Of a DNA stretch of 64,000 bases, positions 18,736-29,083 are shown piece by piece. Both the position numbers and the translations under genes were made by a program. Under the pieces are notes generated by a model. The model did no database searches. It saw only the letters and a program-made list of their open reading frames with translations, and had not been told where the DNA came from. Source of the stretch: Gemmatales bacterium (GTDB lineage Bacteria > Planctomycetota > Planctomycetia > Gemmatales > HRBIN36); assembly GCA_041640595.1 (NCBI GenBank), contig JBEPZY010000001.1, forward strand, positions 1-64,000, in the 5' to 3' direction. Position 1 is the stretch's first letter. Every line of letters starts with the position of its first letter.

Positions 18736-21111
18736 CTAAGATTGGTGTTCTTCCAGTTCGCGTTTGTGAGCGCGAATACAGGCATCGAAGAACATGCGGA
18801 TTGCCAGGGGCCAGAGTTCCTGCTGGAGTTGCTGCGCCGCATCTTTTGTGAGAGTTGGCCAGTTATGCGATTGGAGAATTTTCTGCCATATTTCACCGCG
18901 ATTCTGCAGCAGGCTTTCGATTCGGTCCAGCGAACCGTTGGGCCATTTCTCGCTGCGGCGGGGATTTTGCTGGAGATGGTGGAGCCAATCCAAAACCGCC
19001 TGTGCATCCTGGGCTGTTCGCAAACGAGCCAGCTGGTTGCGTAACCCGCCGAGCTGACTCATGGGCGGCTTCCCTTCACGTCCACTAACTGTCCAACCCA
19101 GCAACTTTTGCCGTAGCGTTCTATCCGCAGCAATGCGCAGGCAGGCGCGGCGAATTTCCTGTTTCCAGCATTCACGCTCGATCAATCGGGCATACTCGTA
19201 GCCGGCATCCTGCGGTGTGAGCAGGGCAGGGGGCGAATTCGTGGAGACTGGTTGCGGTATCGGCGAGCTTTTGGCTGCCACCTGGGAGAATGGTTGGGTC
19301 AGCAACGGATGGTTGAAACGCACCTGACCGAATCCTTCTGCGGTGCGGTCGCCAATGCCGCTGACCTCCAGCTTGCTCAGTTTGGCCGGGTCTAAAGTTC
19401 CTTGCTGAACTTCAAAAACCACGCAAGAACCCGCTTGCAAGGCCACCAGCGAAGGTCGGGGCAATCCCCAGCCGACGTGCCAGGGTTCCAGCCGGCGGAC
19501 ACGCACCAGGGCATCGAGTGTACCTTGCGCAGCGGAATCCCGGATTCGCAGCGGGACGCCCAACCACCGGCTCAGTTCCTGCCTCAGCGTTTCTGGCGTT
19601 GGTTCTAGATGCACTTGTTCGTTACGCAGGAGCGTGTCCGAAACCAGCCAAACGAACAACTGATTGCCCGACAGCTCAGGCATACTGCCTGACGACTCGC
19701 GGGGCGCTTCTGCGTGCAATTCGACCTCGCCGTAATCGTCCTTTTTCGATCGTCCCAGTGAAACAATCCCGCTGAGTTTGCGGTACCAATTGGGATCGCT
19801 CGCGGTCAGTTGCTTCGCCCAACCGCCCCGCAGTCGCAACTCGCTGCGTAGCACCACTTCAGGAGCGATGGCTTCGTAACTGTAAACGCCGCCGGTTTCC
19901 TCCGAGGGACGCTGATACTCGTCAAACACGCTGTTGTGAGTCAGCATCGTTTTCGGTGTTTTGAGGTACTGCGTTGGCTGCGTGGGTGAGAGAAAACCAT
20001 CGCGGAGCTGTTTCAGTTGCTGATCCCCGCCGGGTTCTCTGGCGACGAGACGGTTGACGACTTTTTCGGGTTCTTGCAATCCCTTACCTTCTTTAGGAGC
20101 GTAAAGTGCCAGAGGCACAGGTTCGCCGCGCTGCCCAGCTATTTCCGGATGGGCCGGCAGAACGACAACATCTCCCGATGGTACCGCGGCTCGCAGTTGC
20201 GGAAACGTTTCTGTGATAAACGGAAGCAGGTAGTAGCCCGGCAGATAATCGAGCGATTCGACGACGTTGCCAGTAGCGCGGTAGGCTACCGCGAGTGGCC
20301 CACGCAGAATGAGTTTCAGCGGCACACTCACCCAGTCGTCGTCTTGGGCAGGTGGCGTTTCTACAGCTGGCGTTAATCGCTGGACTGTTTCGACAGGCCA
20401 GTCGGGCGCGGAAGGGTGTTGCTTGAGCCATTCGATGGCTGGCCTTTCGTCAGCAGGTCTGCCGGCGTTATCAAGAATCTCCAGGCGGCACCGTCCGGCT
20501 CCGCGGCGACGTTTGCCACCGAGCCGTTCGACCAGTTTCGCCGAAGCAATCAGGAGAGCGCTGACGGCCTCGCGGACGCTGTAAGGCACCTGCATGGCAC
20601 ATTCCGCCTCGAGAACGGTACCGACGCGGGCCATTTCTTCGAATCGCAAAAAATCCGTTTTGGCCGAGCCACTGCGAGGGTCAATGGCCACGCCTGGCTT
20701 GACGAACGTCAGCAGCTGACGCAGTCGTGGATCAGCGCTCTGCAAGCATTCACGCAGAGGCGACGCGATTCGTGCGGGCCGAATTTGTACGGCGGAGGGC
20801 AACGGTTCCTGAGCGGGGTCCTGATGTCGGCCATTTGGATCATGAGGCCCGAGGGCAGGCTGGCTCCCGAAGAGATGATCCACGAATCTCGACCAACCGC
20901 CCACCTGACCGTTATCCAGACCTCGACAGAGCAACTCACAGGCATCGCGCCAAATGCCCCGCAGGGTTTTCGCAGGTACGTACGGCAGTTTGTCGTGGTC
21001 TCGCAAAATCAGGCGATCGATGTTTCCCGGCCGACCAGTGCCCGAACCGACATGCCAGTCGCTCAGCATGGTCAGCCGCACTCGAAACTGCTGTGGTAGT
21101 GGCCAAGGCAT
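18736..21111 (-). CDS. csx10: Cas7-Cas5-Cas11 fusion (Csx10-containing)
   Basis: SDWHVGSG..PYVPAKTLRG..LGGKRRRGAG (Cas7); LGRSKKDDYG and GIGDRTAEGFG (Cas5/Csx10); helical C-terminus with SQLGGLR (Cas11-like). Confidence 0.88.
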   Translation of the reverse strand: MPWPLPQQFRVRLTMLSDWHVGSGTGRPGNIDRLILRDHDKLPYVPAKTLRGIWRDACELLCRGLDNGQVGGWSRFVDHLFGSQPALGPHDPNGRHQDPAQEPLPSAVQIRPARIASPLRECLQSADPRLRQLLTFVKPGVAIDPRSGSAKTDFLRFEEMARVGTVLEAECAMQVPYSVREAVSALLIASAKLVERLGGKRRRGAGRCRLEILDNAGRPADERPAIEWLKQHPSAPDWPVETVQRLTPAVETPPAQDDDWVSVPLKLILRGPLAVAYRATGNVVESLDYLPGYYLLPFITETFPQLRAAVPSGDVVVLPAHPEIAGQRGEPVPLALYAPKEGKGLQEPEKVVNRLVAREPGGDQQLKQLRDGFLSPTQPTQYLKTPKTMLTHNSVFDEYQRPSEETGGVYSYEAIAPEVVLRSELRLRGGWAKQLTASDPNWYRKLSGIVSLGRSKKDDYGEVELHAEAPRESSGSMPELSGNQLFVWLVSDTLLRNEQVHLEPTPETLRQELSRWLGVPLRIRDSAAQGTLDALVRVRRLEPWHVGWGLPRPSLVALQAGSCVVFEVQQGTLDPAKLSKLEVSGIGDRTAEGFGQVRFNHPLLTQPFSQVAAKSSPIPQPVSTNSPPALLTPQDAGYEYARLIERECWKQEIRRACLRIAADRTLRQKLLGWTVSGREGKPPMSQLGGLRNQLARLRTAQDAQAVLDWLHHLQQNPRRSEKWPNGSLDRIESLLQNRGEIWQKILQSHNWPTLTKDAAQQLQQELWPLAIRMFFDACIRAHKRELEEHQS

Positions 21112-21125
21112 GGATTCAGCTCCGA

Positions 21126-22799
21126 TTAAGCGTTCGGCTCCTTATTGGCTTCGTTTTCCTGACTTTTTGGTAAAAATTCCGCTGCGTCCATGGCGTCGAG
21201 CAGGGCGGTACGCCAGATGATCCGGCCATCCTTCGTATCGCTCCAGAAAAGTGAGTTGTTATCACCCAGGAGTGTCTCTAATCCCTGCTTGCGATAACGG
21301 GGGAGAACCAACTTAAGTCGGGCATCAGCTTGTTTTCGCCCCAGGAACAGACCCTCACGCAACTCGTGCAACATGCTATTGGGCAACTTCCGCCGATTAT
21401 CTTCGGTAGCCTGAATTGCTTGCACCTTCTCTACCAATTTCGACCAGTGATGATGGCCCTGAGCGTTGGCATGGCTGCTCACAACGTAAGGCCGGGCGGT
21501 CAACATCGTTTCGCCGTTATCCAGCGTCCATTCCTGGCGTATGCGATCCAGGTCGGGATTACTGGCGTCGTAAAGGATGTGAAAGTCAAGGGCTGATTCT
21601 GGCTTACGCTGCTTGGCGGATTTCAATAAGGCTTCTGCGAGTTCATATCCGGCAAAGAACGGGAAATGCGGCTTGATGATGGCGACACCAGCACAACCGG
21701 TCAGGCCGTGCGGCAGATGTTTTTGACCAAGCTCGGTCTGTCTGAAGTTTGCGATAATCGTCTCGATCGCCTGATGGTTCCGAGCCGCCTGCTCGAATGA
21801 TTCCAGGAACTTTACCGTGAACATCAGCGCCTGCTGGCCATCGCAGACCACCGTCAGGTCGTCGCCGCCTAGAACCAGCGGCACAATGGGTAGCCTGTCC
21901 CGGCGCGATGTCAAAGTTCCCAGGGCTTCAGTGAAGGCCTTTTCCGTGCATTCATCCAGTGCCAGGGAGAAGTTACGCAACTGTTCAATATAATGCCGAT
22001 TCCATTGATGCGAACCTCGTGGTGCCGGAGATTCGACGCACTTATCGAAATTCAAAAAGAGTCGGCCCAGTCCGTTGCCATCGGCATGAATGATCGCCAG
22101 CCAGTCGCAGCCCAGGTCTTCCAGGTGGTCCGGCGAATGGGGTAGCCTTGCGTCTGACACAATTTGGCGAATCCGTTTCAGACCGTTTTGGGCAGCTTGA
22201 ATTTTGGCGAACGACATAGCCGATCGTGGGCCGGGATCCCGACCGCTGTTGTCCCACCTGGCGGCTGGCAAACCGCTCGTGGCACAATCCATAACAATCG
22301 GCAAACGCTGAAAACGGGTCAGCGGGCCCGGTAATCGCGATCGCACCCGCTCGTAATCCTGATGCACTTCCTTGATCACCTCGTGAATGGACACGCTGGC
22401 AAGCTCGAACTCGCGCGAAACCGCGCCCCAGACTTCCAGGCCAGGTGCTTCTCTCAAGGCTCGCAGTGTAACTTGACGAACGATATGTCGGCCCAAGGCT
22501 TCGTGCTCAACCAGCAACAGTGCCTTGCCGGAAACGGCGAGGATCACTTCAACCGGATTGCCGTTGCCAATCGCCGGATTTTGCCTGGTATCCCGCAAGG
22601 CCCGGCGAATCCTGTCCGGATGCACCGATCCGTCAGTTTCAGGCCACAGATTTGGCCCACCGGCGTTTGCCACGGCTTCCAACACGAACCTGGTTCCCGT
22701 CTGGTACGTCAATTCCGACGCGCCAACGTTTTCCCGCAATTTGTTCGTAGCAAAAATATACGCCTGATTCCCCGCGGTCTCGATCAATACCAAACGCAC
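21126..22799 (-). CDS. cas10: Cas10 lacking the HD nuclease domain, with an intact GGDD cyclase palm
   Basis: IETAGNQAYIFATNKL, IIHADGNGLG, LGGDDL and KPHFPF. GTG start at 22799 follows GGAGG; the ORF track starts at 22970. Confidence 0.92.
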   Translation of the reverse strand: MRLVLIETAGNQAYIFATNKLRENVGASELTYQTGTRFVLEAVANAGGPNLWPETDGSVHPDRIRRALRDTRQNPAIGNGNPVEVILAVSGKALLLVEHEALGRHIVRQVTLRALREAPGLEVWGAVSREFELASVSIHEVIKEVHQDYERVRSRLPGPLTRFQRLPIVMDCATSGLPAARWDNSGRDPGPRSAMSFAKIQAAQNGLKRIRQIVSDARLPHSPDHLEDLGCDWLAIIHADGNGLGRLFLNFDKCVESPAPRGSHQWNRHYIEQLRNFSLALDECTEKAFTEALGTLTSRRDRLPIVPLVLGGDDLTVVCDGQQALMFTVKFLESFEQAARNHQAIETIIANFRQTELGQKHLPHGLTGCAGVAIIKPHFPFFAGYELAEALLKSAKQRKPESALDFHILYDASNPDLDRIRQEWTLDNGETMLTARPYVVSSHANAQGHHHWSKLVEKVQAIQATEDNRRKLPNSMLHELREGLFLGRKQADARLKLVLPRYRKQGLETLLGDNNSLFWSDTKDGRIIWRTALLDAMDAAEFLPKSQENEANKEPNA

Positions 22800-23167
22800 G
22801 ATGCATTCCTCCACACGTTCTGGGTGTCCTTCGGTTCCGGCAACGTTTTCGCGGCCGAGTAGGTTCGTCGCCGGGACTGATAGTTGGCTTCCCACTCTTA
22901 AAAACGAAAGCTGCTCGGGTGGAGTGACAAATTTTGTCTTGCCAGGCGGAATGGGGCTGGTTGTTTCCAAGGGTGGTTGGTGATGAGCAAATGGCTGGGC
23001 TGGCTGCTTTTCACACGCTCATAACTGCGAGCTCACCCATCTGCGACAATGACAGTCTCGAAAAGCCGTGATGCGTACAGTTGCGGCACAGACGGCGTAT
23101 GCGGATGGGCAATTATCGTTACAAGACTGTGCTGAGCAACTTGCTTGCGCCAGTTGCCTGGTTCTAT

Positions 23168-23773
23168 TTACAGTCCGAAGCCGCTAGTGCTTCCTTGAAC
23201 GGCGAGGGCAGGGGCTGCTAGAGCGGTGTCAGTTTGGTGCAGGCGAGGTAGTGGAAAACAGGCTGCCCAACGGGGACGCGAAATGCAGCTGGACGAATGT
23301 GATGGCAAGCCGATGGCTGCGTTGCGACCAACACCGGCATCTCGGGGCGGAGGTATAGTACAGCTGGGTTGATGCGATTGGTTGGTGCTTAACCTTGCTC
23401 GGCCGAGACGCCACCCTTCCGGGCAAGTGAGATACAGATGGACTAATGCAATGTCATGAGCCTGGCGAGCTACCACTGCTCCACCCCGACTCGCGGGAAA
23501 GTGTAGTGCAGATGAATCAATGCGATGACAACTGGCCGCCAGGATTACGCCGTTGGGAAGAGCCAGAACGTTTGGGCCTGCGAAATCGTGTGTGCCGGGC
23601 TTGATTTTCTCGTTAAGTTTCCATTGCTGCTGCGATTTGTGTTTCTCGCGCTGTTCTTTCATGTGCATTCCTAGGAACGCGAGAGCTAGCAGTGCCGCGA
23701 GCAGCGCTGTGATAATGCCGAAAACGCAACCACAACCGAAGCCGAATCCACTGCGAAAACCGTTTTGGCCCAT
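23168..23773 (-). CDS. Possible small membrane protein (uncertain; C-terminal part may be non-coding)
   Basis: Gly-rich GFRSGFGFGCGC followed by a TM-like stretch. The remainder looks unstructured. Confidence 0.3.
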   Translation of the reverse strand: MGQNGFRSGFGFGCGCVFGIITALLAALLALAFLGMHMKEQREKHKSQQQWKLNEKIKPGTHDFAGPNVLALPNGVILAASCHRIDSSALHFPASRGGAVVARQAHDIALVHLYLTCPEGWRLGRARLSTNQSHQPSCTIPPPRDAGVGRNAAIGLPSHSSSCISRPRWAACFPLPRLHQTDTALAAPALAVQGSTSGFGL

Positions 23774-23824
23774 TGTAAGTTTTCCCTGCATCTCTCAGCT
23801 GATGATAAAGCGACCTCCGCGCAG

Positions 23825-23857
23825 AAAAAAACCCCTGGAGGGGACGCCTCCAGGGGT
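23825..23857 (-). terminator. Rho-independent terminator of the 16S transcript
   Basis: Perfect stem CCCCTGGAGG/CCTCCAGGGG with a 5-nt loop, followed by T7 on the minus strand. Confidence 0.9.
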
Positions 23858-24231
23858 GAGATATCAATCTGGCAGTGCGGGAAGAGGACGATCACGATGT
23901 GGGCCTGTAGGAGGTGCCGGTTGCCCGGCAGACCACTCCTTAGAAAGGAGGTGATCCAACCGCAGGTTCCCCTACGGTTACCTTGTTACGACTTAGTCCC
24001 CATCAGGAGTTTCGTCTTCGGCGCCTGCCTCCCCTTGCGGGGTTAGCGCGGCGACTTCGGACGCCCCTCCCTTTGGTGGCTTGACGGGCGGTGTGTACAA
24101 GACTCAGGAACACATTCACCGCGGCATTGCTGATCCGCGATTACTAGCGATTCCGGCTTCATGGAGGCGAGTTGCAGCCTCCAATCTGAACTGGGCGGCG
24201 TTTTTTGGGATTTGCTCCCCCTCGCGGGTTT

Positions 24232-24272
<41 letters not shown>

Positions 24273-24281
24273 GGGCATAAG

Positions 24282-24331
<50 letters not shown>

Positions 24332-24406
24332 AGTCCCGCCAGAGTGCTCGGCATGACCCGGTGGCAACTGGCGGCAGGGGTTTCGCTCGTTATGGGACTT
24401 AACCCG

Positions 24407-24450
<44 letters not shown>

Positions 24451-24516
24451 CAGGCTCCGGACTGGGTACCGGTCGCCCCACCTTTCGGCAGGGCTACTTC
24501 CTGGCATGTCAAGCCC

Positions 24517-24607
<91 letters not shown>

Positions 24608-24710
24608 GCCATACTCCCCAGGCGGGGTACTTAGCACTTTCGCTTCGGCGGCAAGCCCAGGCCGAGCCTACCGCCTAGTACCCATCGTTTAGGGCTGGGA
24701 CTACCGGGGT

Positions 24711-25701
24711 CAACCTTTCCTCTGTTTCCAGAGGGGTTGGACTATATCATTCTCTGAAGCGGGCAAGCTCACGTTTACGTTCCTCAACGATTCGCTTCAC
24801 CAGCTCCTCGTCGAAGCCCGTCGCCTGCACCACCTCAGAGATCCAGCGTTGCTGGAGTTCGGGATCCCTGTAGAGCAACAGGACCTTTTTGAGCATACTC
24901 GGCACCGGCACATGCGGTAGAATGATCCGCAAGAATTTCTTCAGCTCCTCCACGGAGCGGAACCAGAGCCGATACTGCTGCGATCGCGGTCCTGTCCTGG
25001 CTACCCTCCCGATACGCGGATGCAGCCCCCAAACTACCCGGAAATAGCGGACAATCGTGAGCAAATCCTCGTACGACAGTCCATCCGTGCACAACACTCC
25101 TTGCCGGCCGTTGAGCAGTGAGCCGTCATCCAGCCACCACACGCACAGCGACAAGGGTGTAAGCTGATTCAGCCATTTTCGCCGTACTCGGAGTTTGCCC
25201 CGTTTGTGGGTCAGCCGGTACAACTCAGTCAGCTCCGGCAACGCCGCACTCTGGTAACGCAGTTTGGCTTTACCGAAGCCGCTTTTGTCGGCCTGTTCCC
25301 ACGTGTCCGCTTTTGCCGAAATCTCCTTCAGCTCCCGCACCTTCCAGAGGAAATATTCCTTCTGGTTGGCCGAGTGGCGGAAGGAGAAACGGGCATTCTG
25401 ATACGGCTTGTGCAGTTTGAGGGAACCATCGCCCAGGAGGGAGCCCAGGATGATGGCCCTACAGCGATCCGACAAAGGGGAGCCAAGTTTTTTGCCCACC
25501 TTCTGTCTCCCTAGCTCCATAGTCTCTACGGGGTCGCTTCGGACGCAGGCCTAGCGACTTCCCTCGGGGTTGCCCGCCGGATTTCTCCGGGTAGGGTTTC
25601 CCCGATACAGCTGGATGCGCACCACCGTGTCGCCACGGTGGGGGACACCAGACTTGGCCACAACCGTCCAGCCGAAGGGGCTGGCGAGGCTGCGACCAGG
25701 T
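24711..25701 (-). mobile_element. Group I intron (IB-like) in 16S at S793, 991 nt
   Basis: Exon GGAUUAGAU|ACCCCGGUAGUCC is split. 5' exon ends in U and the intron ends in G. IGS GUCUGG (25648-25653) pairs with UUAGAU. P GUAUCGGGGAAA, Q GGCAACCCCGAGGGAAG, R CGUAGAGACUA, S AUGAUAUAGUCC and a P9 hairpin CCUCUG-GAAA-CAGAGG are all present. Confidence 0.95.
24747..25520 (-). CDS. Double-motif LAGLIDADG homing endonuclease (I-SceI-like, LAGLIDADG_2)
   Basis: IILGSLLGDGSL and SLCVWWLDDGS motifs; intact 257-aa ORF between the R and S elements of the intron. Confidence 0.93.
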   Translation of the reverse strand: MELGRQKVGKKLGSPLSDRCRAIILGSLLGDGSLKLHKPYQNARFSFRHSANQKEYFLWKVRELKEISAKADTWEQADKSGFGKAKLRYQSAALPELTELYRLTHKRGKLRVRRKWLNQLTPLSLCVWWLDDGSLLNGRQGVLCTDGLSYEDLLTIVRYFRVVWGLHPRIGRVARTGPRSQQYRLWFRSVEELKKFLRIILPHVPVPSMLKKVLLLYRDPELQQRWISEVVQATGFDEELVKRIVEERKRELARFRE

Positions 25702-25906
25702 ATCTAATCCCGTTTGCTCCCCCAGCTTTCGTGCCTCAGCGTCAGGACACACCCAGGGACGCGCCTTCGCCTCCGGCGTTCCTGCCGATCTCTACCCATT
25801 TCACCGGTCCACCGGCAGTTCCCGTCCCCTCGTTGTGCCTCTAGCCCACCAGTATCCGGGGCAATTCCCCGGTTGAGCCGGGGGATTTCACCCCGGACTT
25901 GGCAGA

Positions 25907-25940
<34 letters not shown>

Positions 25941-26824
25941 GCAACGTTCGCACGGTTCGTCTTACCGCGGCTGCTGGCACGAACTTAGCCCGTGCTTCCT
26001 CTGGCGTTGGGTCAAGCCTTTCGGCTTTCCCGCCACCTGACAGGGGTTTACAACCCGAAGGCCTTCTTCCCCCACGCGGCGTCGCTCCGTCAGGCTTTCG
26101 CCCATTGCGGAAGATTCTCGGCTGCTGCCACCCGTAGGTGTCTGGCCCGTGTCTCAGTGCCAGTGGCGCTGGTCGTGCTCTCACACCAGCTAGGCATCTT
26201 CGCCTTGGTAGGCCGTTACCCTACCAACTAGCTAATACCACCTGGCCCGATCCCCAGGCGGAAGGCCACCTCACGGTGACCAACCCTTTGACGGATGCGT
26301 CATGCGACCCACCCGTATCGCCCGGTATTAGCCCCAGTTTCCCAGGGTTATCCCGGTCCTGGGGGTACGTTAGCCAGGCATTACTGCCCCGTTCGCCGCT
26401 CGACTCCACTGAGTTGCCCCAGTGGGCCTCGCTCGACTTGCATGCCTTATCCACGCCGCCAACGTTCGCTCTGAGCCAGGATCAAACCCTTCATAGGAAA
26501 TGGCTTACTTCGGCCTGCACAGACCGAAGTGCAAATCCCAACCGGTCGCCATCTGCTCCGGTGGGTTTGCTATCGCCATCCAGGGTTTGACAGCGAGCCG
26601 CCGGACTCGACGAACAGTGCCTGCTTCGCTTTGACATCGTCAAAGCCAGCAAGGCTCTGTGTCTCGCCTCGGCAGCGGACACATCGGATCGGGGCCTCGT
26701 CCCTATCACTGCCAGATTGTCAAAGAGCCAATTTACCGGCCAGTGGCTCGGACCGACTTAGACGCCTGGGCCACACCAGTAATCATCTCTTTTCCACCTG
26801 CCCGTGCGTCCGTCGGCATCAAGT

Positions 26825-26875
26825 AATATACGCACCTCTTTGTTGCCGTCAAGGGGGTACCCGAAAATTTTTTTA
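26825..26875 (-). promoter_or_regulatory. rrn-type sigma70 promoter with UP element
   Basis: TTGACG-N16-TATATT (-35 at 26847-26852, -10 at 26825-26830) with upstream AAAAAAATTTT. Confidence 0.8.
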
Positions 26876-27224
26876 CCCGCCCCTCCGTGTGCAGAGCTTA
26901 CCTGTTTTCGGCACAGACGACCCTCTGGAATCACTTTTTCCAGTCGAATGCGCCGACTGCCAGCAGGAGTGGTTATCAAATCGCAAGTGTTTTCCTGTGA
27001 ATAACTTGCGTCAATTGGCGTTACTGATACCCCGCCGGTTCTGCAATTCTGCGTGCATTGCCGGGGCGGAAACAGGCCCGTTGACCTCTAACGCTGGTTT
27101 TCACTGCCCGGAAAGCCCATCTGAACGGCAATGAATCCGGCAGACTCCCAGCTGATCGGGATTACAGGTAACGCTGCAATATTTTTACGACAACAGCTGC
27201 GGTTCAGTTCAAATCGCTGACCGA

Positions 27225-27977
27225 TCAGCCCTGCGTAACCGCCGCCATTGCTTCTTCGGTAATGTTGATGTTGGAATACACGTTTTGCACATCGTCGTGT
27301 TCGTCCAGCATCTCCATCAGCTTGAGCACTCGCCGGGCAGTTTCCGTATCCACATCGAGCGGGGACTTGGGTTGCTGGGTCAACTCAGCACTGACGATGG
27401 GCACGCCGTGTTGTCGAAGGGCTGCCTGCACCTGCGTAAACACCGAAGGATCGCAGGTAATTTCGTACTTGGAACCGGTACGCTTGAGGTCTTCGGCGCC
27501 GGCCTCGAGGACGATTTCGAGTAGGCGATCTTCCTCAATAGCGCTGGCATCCACGACGATGAGTCCCTTGCGTTCAAACAGCCAGGCAACAGCGCCAGCG
27601 GAACCCATTTTGCCTCCGCCTTTCTCAAACAGCTTGCGAATCTCGCTGGTAGTGCGGTTGCGATTGTCTGTGGTGCACTCGACGAGGATCGCCACACCCC
27701 CAGGGCCGTAACCCTCGTAGGTAACCTCCTCGATGGTTTCCCCTTCCAGCTCGCCGCTGCCCTTTTTAATTGCCCGCTCAATGGTTTCCTTGGGCATGCT
27801 GGCTTCGCGTGCTTTCTCGATAGCGTAACGCAGCTTCAGATTCGCTTCTGGGTCGGGGCCTCCCTGACGTACCGCGATCTGGATAGCTTTAGCCAGCTTG
27901 CTGAAAAGTTGCCCCTTCTTGGCATCAGCAGCGCTTTTTTGTCGCTTGATGGTTGCCCAATGAGAATGGCCGGCCAT
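27225..27977 (-). CDS. yebC: YebC/PmpR family protein
   Basis: MAGHSHWATIK, YEGYGPGGVA, TDNRNRT and DDVQNVYSN. Confidence 0.97.
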   Translation of the reverse strand: MAGHSHWATIKRQKSAADAKKGQLFSKLAKAIQIAVRQGGPDPEANLKLRYAIEKAREASMPKETIERAIKKGSGELEGETIEEVTYEGYGPGGVAILVECTTDNRNRTTSEIRKLFEKGGGKMGSAGAVAWLFERKGLIVVDASAIEEDRLLEIVLEAGAEDLKRTGSKYEITCDPSVFTQVQAALRQHGVPIVSAELTQQPKSPLDVDTETARRVLKLMEMLDEHDDVQNVYSNINITEEAMAAVTQG

Positions 27978-28396
27978 AAGTTGCCTCCCGGACTTCCGGC
28001 GTTTCTAATCCGTGCTATCAACTGCAGGTCTATACCTGACAGCACGCGGATTACTGCGAATCTTCTTTCGATCCCACACTATCCCAACACCATTATCGTC
28101 CAAAACCGTCCAGGCTTCCAGAGCGCATGCAGCGAAAAAGGACACCTTCAACAAATACGGCCGGGCAGACTTGCCGTCCGCCCGACCGCTCCGAGGGGAC
28201 TGAGTGATTCCGCGGAAAGGTCCCCGCTGGCATTTGCACAAGCAACCTGCATGCCTGCGTGTTGTATCTTTCCGTGGAACTTCGAGATTTATACGTGGAT
28301 GTTGGCAGCGACGGACGGAATCTCGAATCGCAGGCAATACGCGTTACTGCACTTTTTCCCAGTACCAAACCGATTTTGGCCTGGTCAAACCTTCGG

Positions 28397-29083
28397 CTAA
28401 TCGTTCCCACTCCGACAATGACCAAAATGTTGCTGCAGATAAACGGGCAATTCCCGCAAGGAAACAAGGATACCGTCGGGCTTGCATTGAGCAAGATATT
28501 CAGCACTTTGGGCTCCGGTCGGCACCACCAGGACAGGAATACCTGCCTGTCGCGCTGATTGAATATCTACGTCCATATCGCCGACATATACTGCCTGCTC
28601 GGCTGAAACATTCAATCGGCGAAGCGCTTCCAGCAGCATATCCGGAGCCGGTTTCGGTCGCGGCACTTCTTCCGGCCCCAGCACTACAGCCACACTGTCA
28701 TGAGGCAGGAAATGTTCCAGTAGCTGGCGGGTGAAATCAACAGGTTTATTGCTGCACACCGCTAGCCGGATATTGCTCTGCACCAGCCTGGCAATGGTTT
28801 CTTCTGCTCCCGGCATCAGGCGGGTGAGTGCGAACATCACACGTTCGTGATGTTGGCGATACTTTTCCAGAACCGACGCCGGCTCCACTCCGGGTACCGT
28901 CTGCCGGAGCAGATGCAGGGCACCGCGACCGACATGCTGACGCACTTCGTCCACCGACAGCGGTGCCAGCCCGAATTGGCCACGCACATAGTTGACACTG
29001 CAAGCGATGGCCTCGAAACTGTCGGCCAGCGTCCCGTCAAAATCGAAAATCACCGCGCGAATGCAGCTACCGGGTTTCGGCAT
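28397..29083 (-). CDS. HAD-superfamily phosphatase (phosphoglycolate phosphatase-like)
   Basis: IFDFDGTLADS, CSNK, KPAPD and VGD..DI. Confidence 0.88.
   Translation of the reverse strand: MPKPGSCIRAVIFDFDGTLADSFEAIACSVNYVRGQFGLAPLSVDEVRQHVGRGALHLLRQTVPGVEPASVLEKYRQHHERVMFALTRLMPGAEETIARLVQSNIRLAVCSNKPVDFTRQLLEHFLPHDSVAVVLGPEEVPRPKPAPDMLLEALRRLNVSAEQAVYVGDMDVDIQSARQAGIPVLVVPTGAQSAEYLAQCKPDGILVSLRELPVYLQQHFGHCRSGND

Noticed and set aside
22800..22970. 57-aa N-terminal extension of Cas10 as an HD remnant
   Set aside because: No HD motif is present, and a GGAGG RBS precedes the GTG at 22799.
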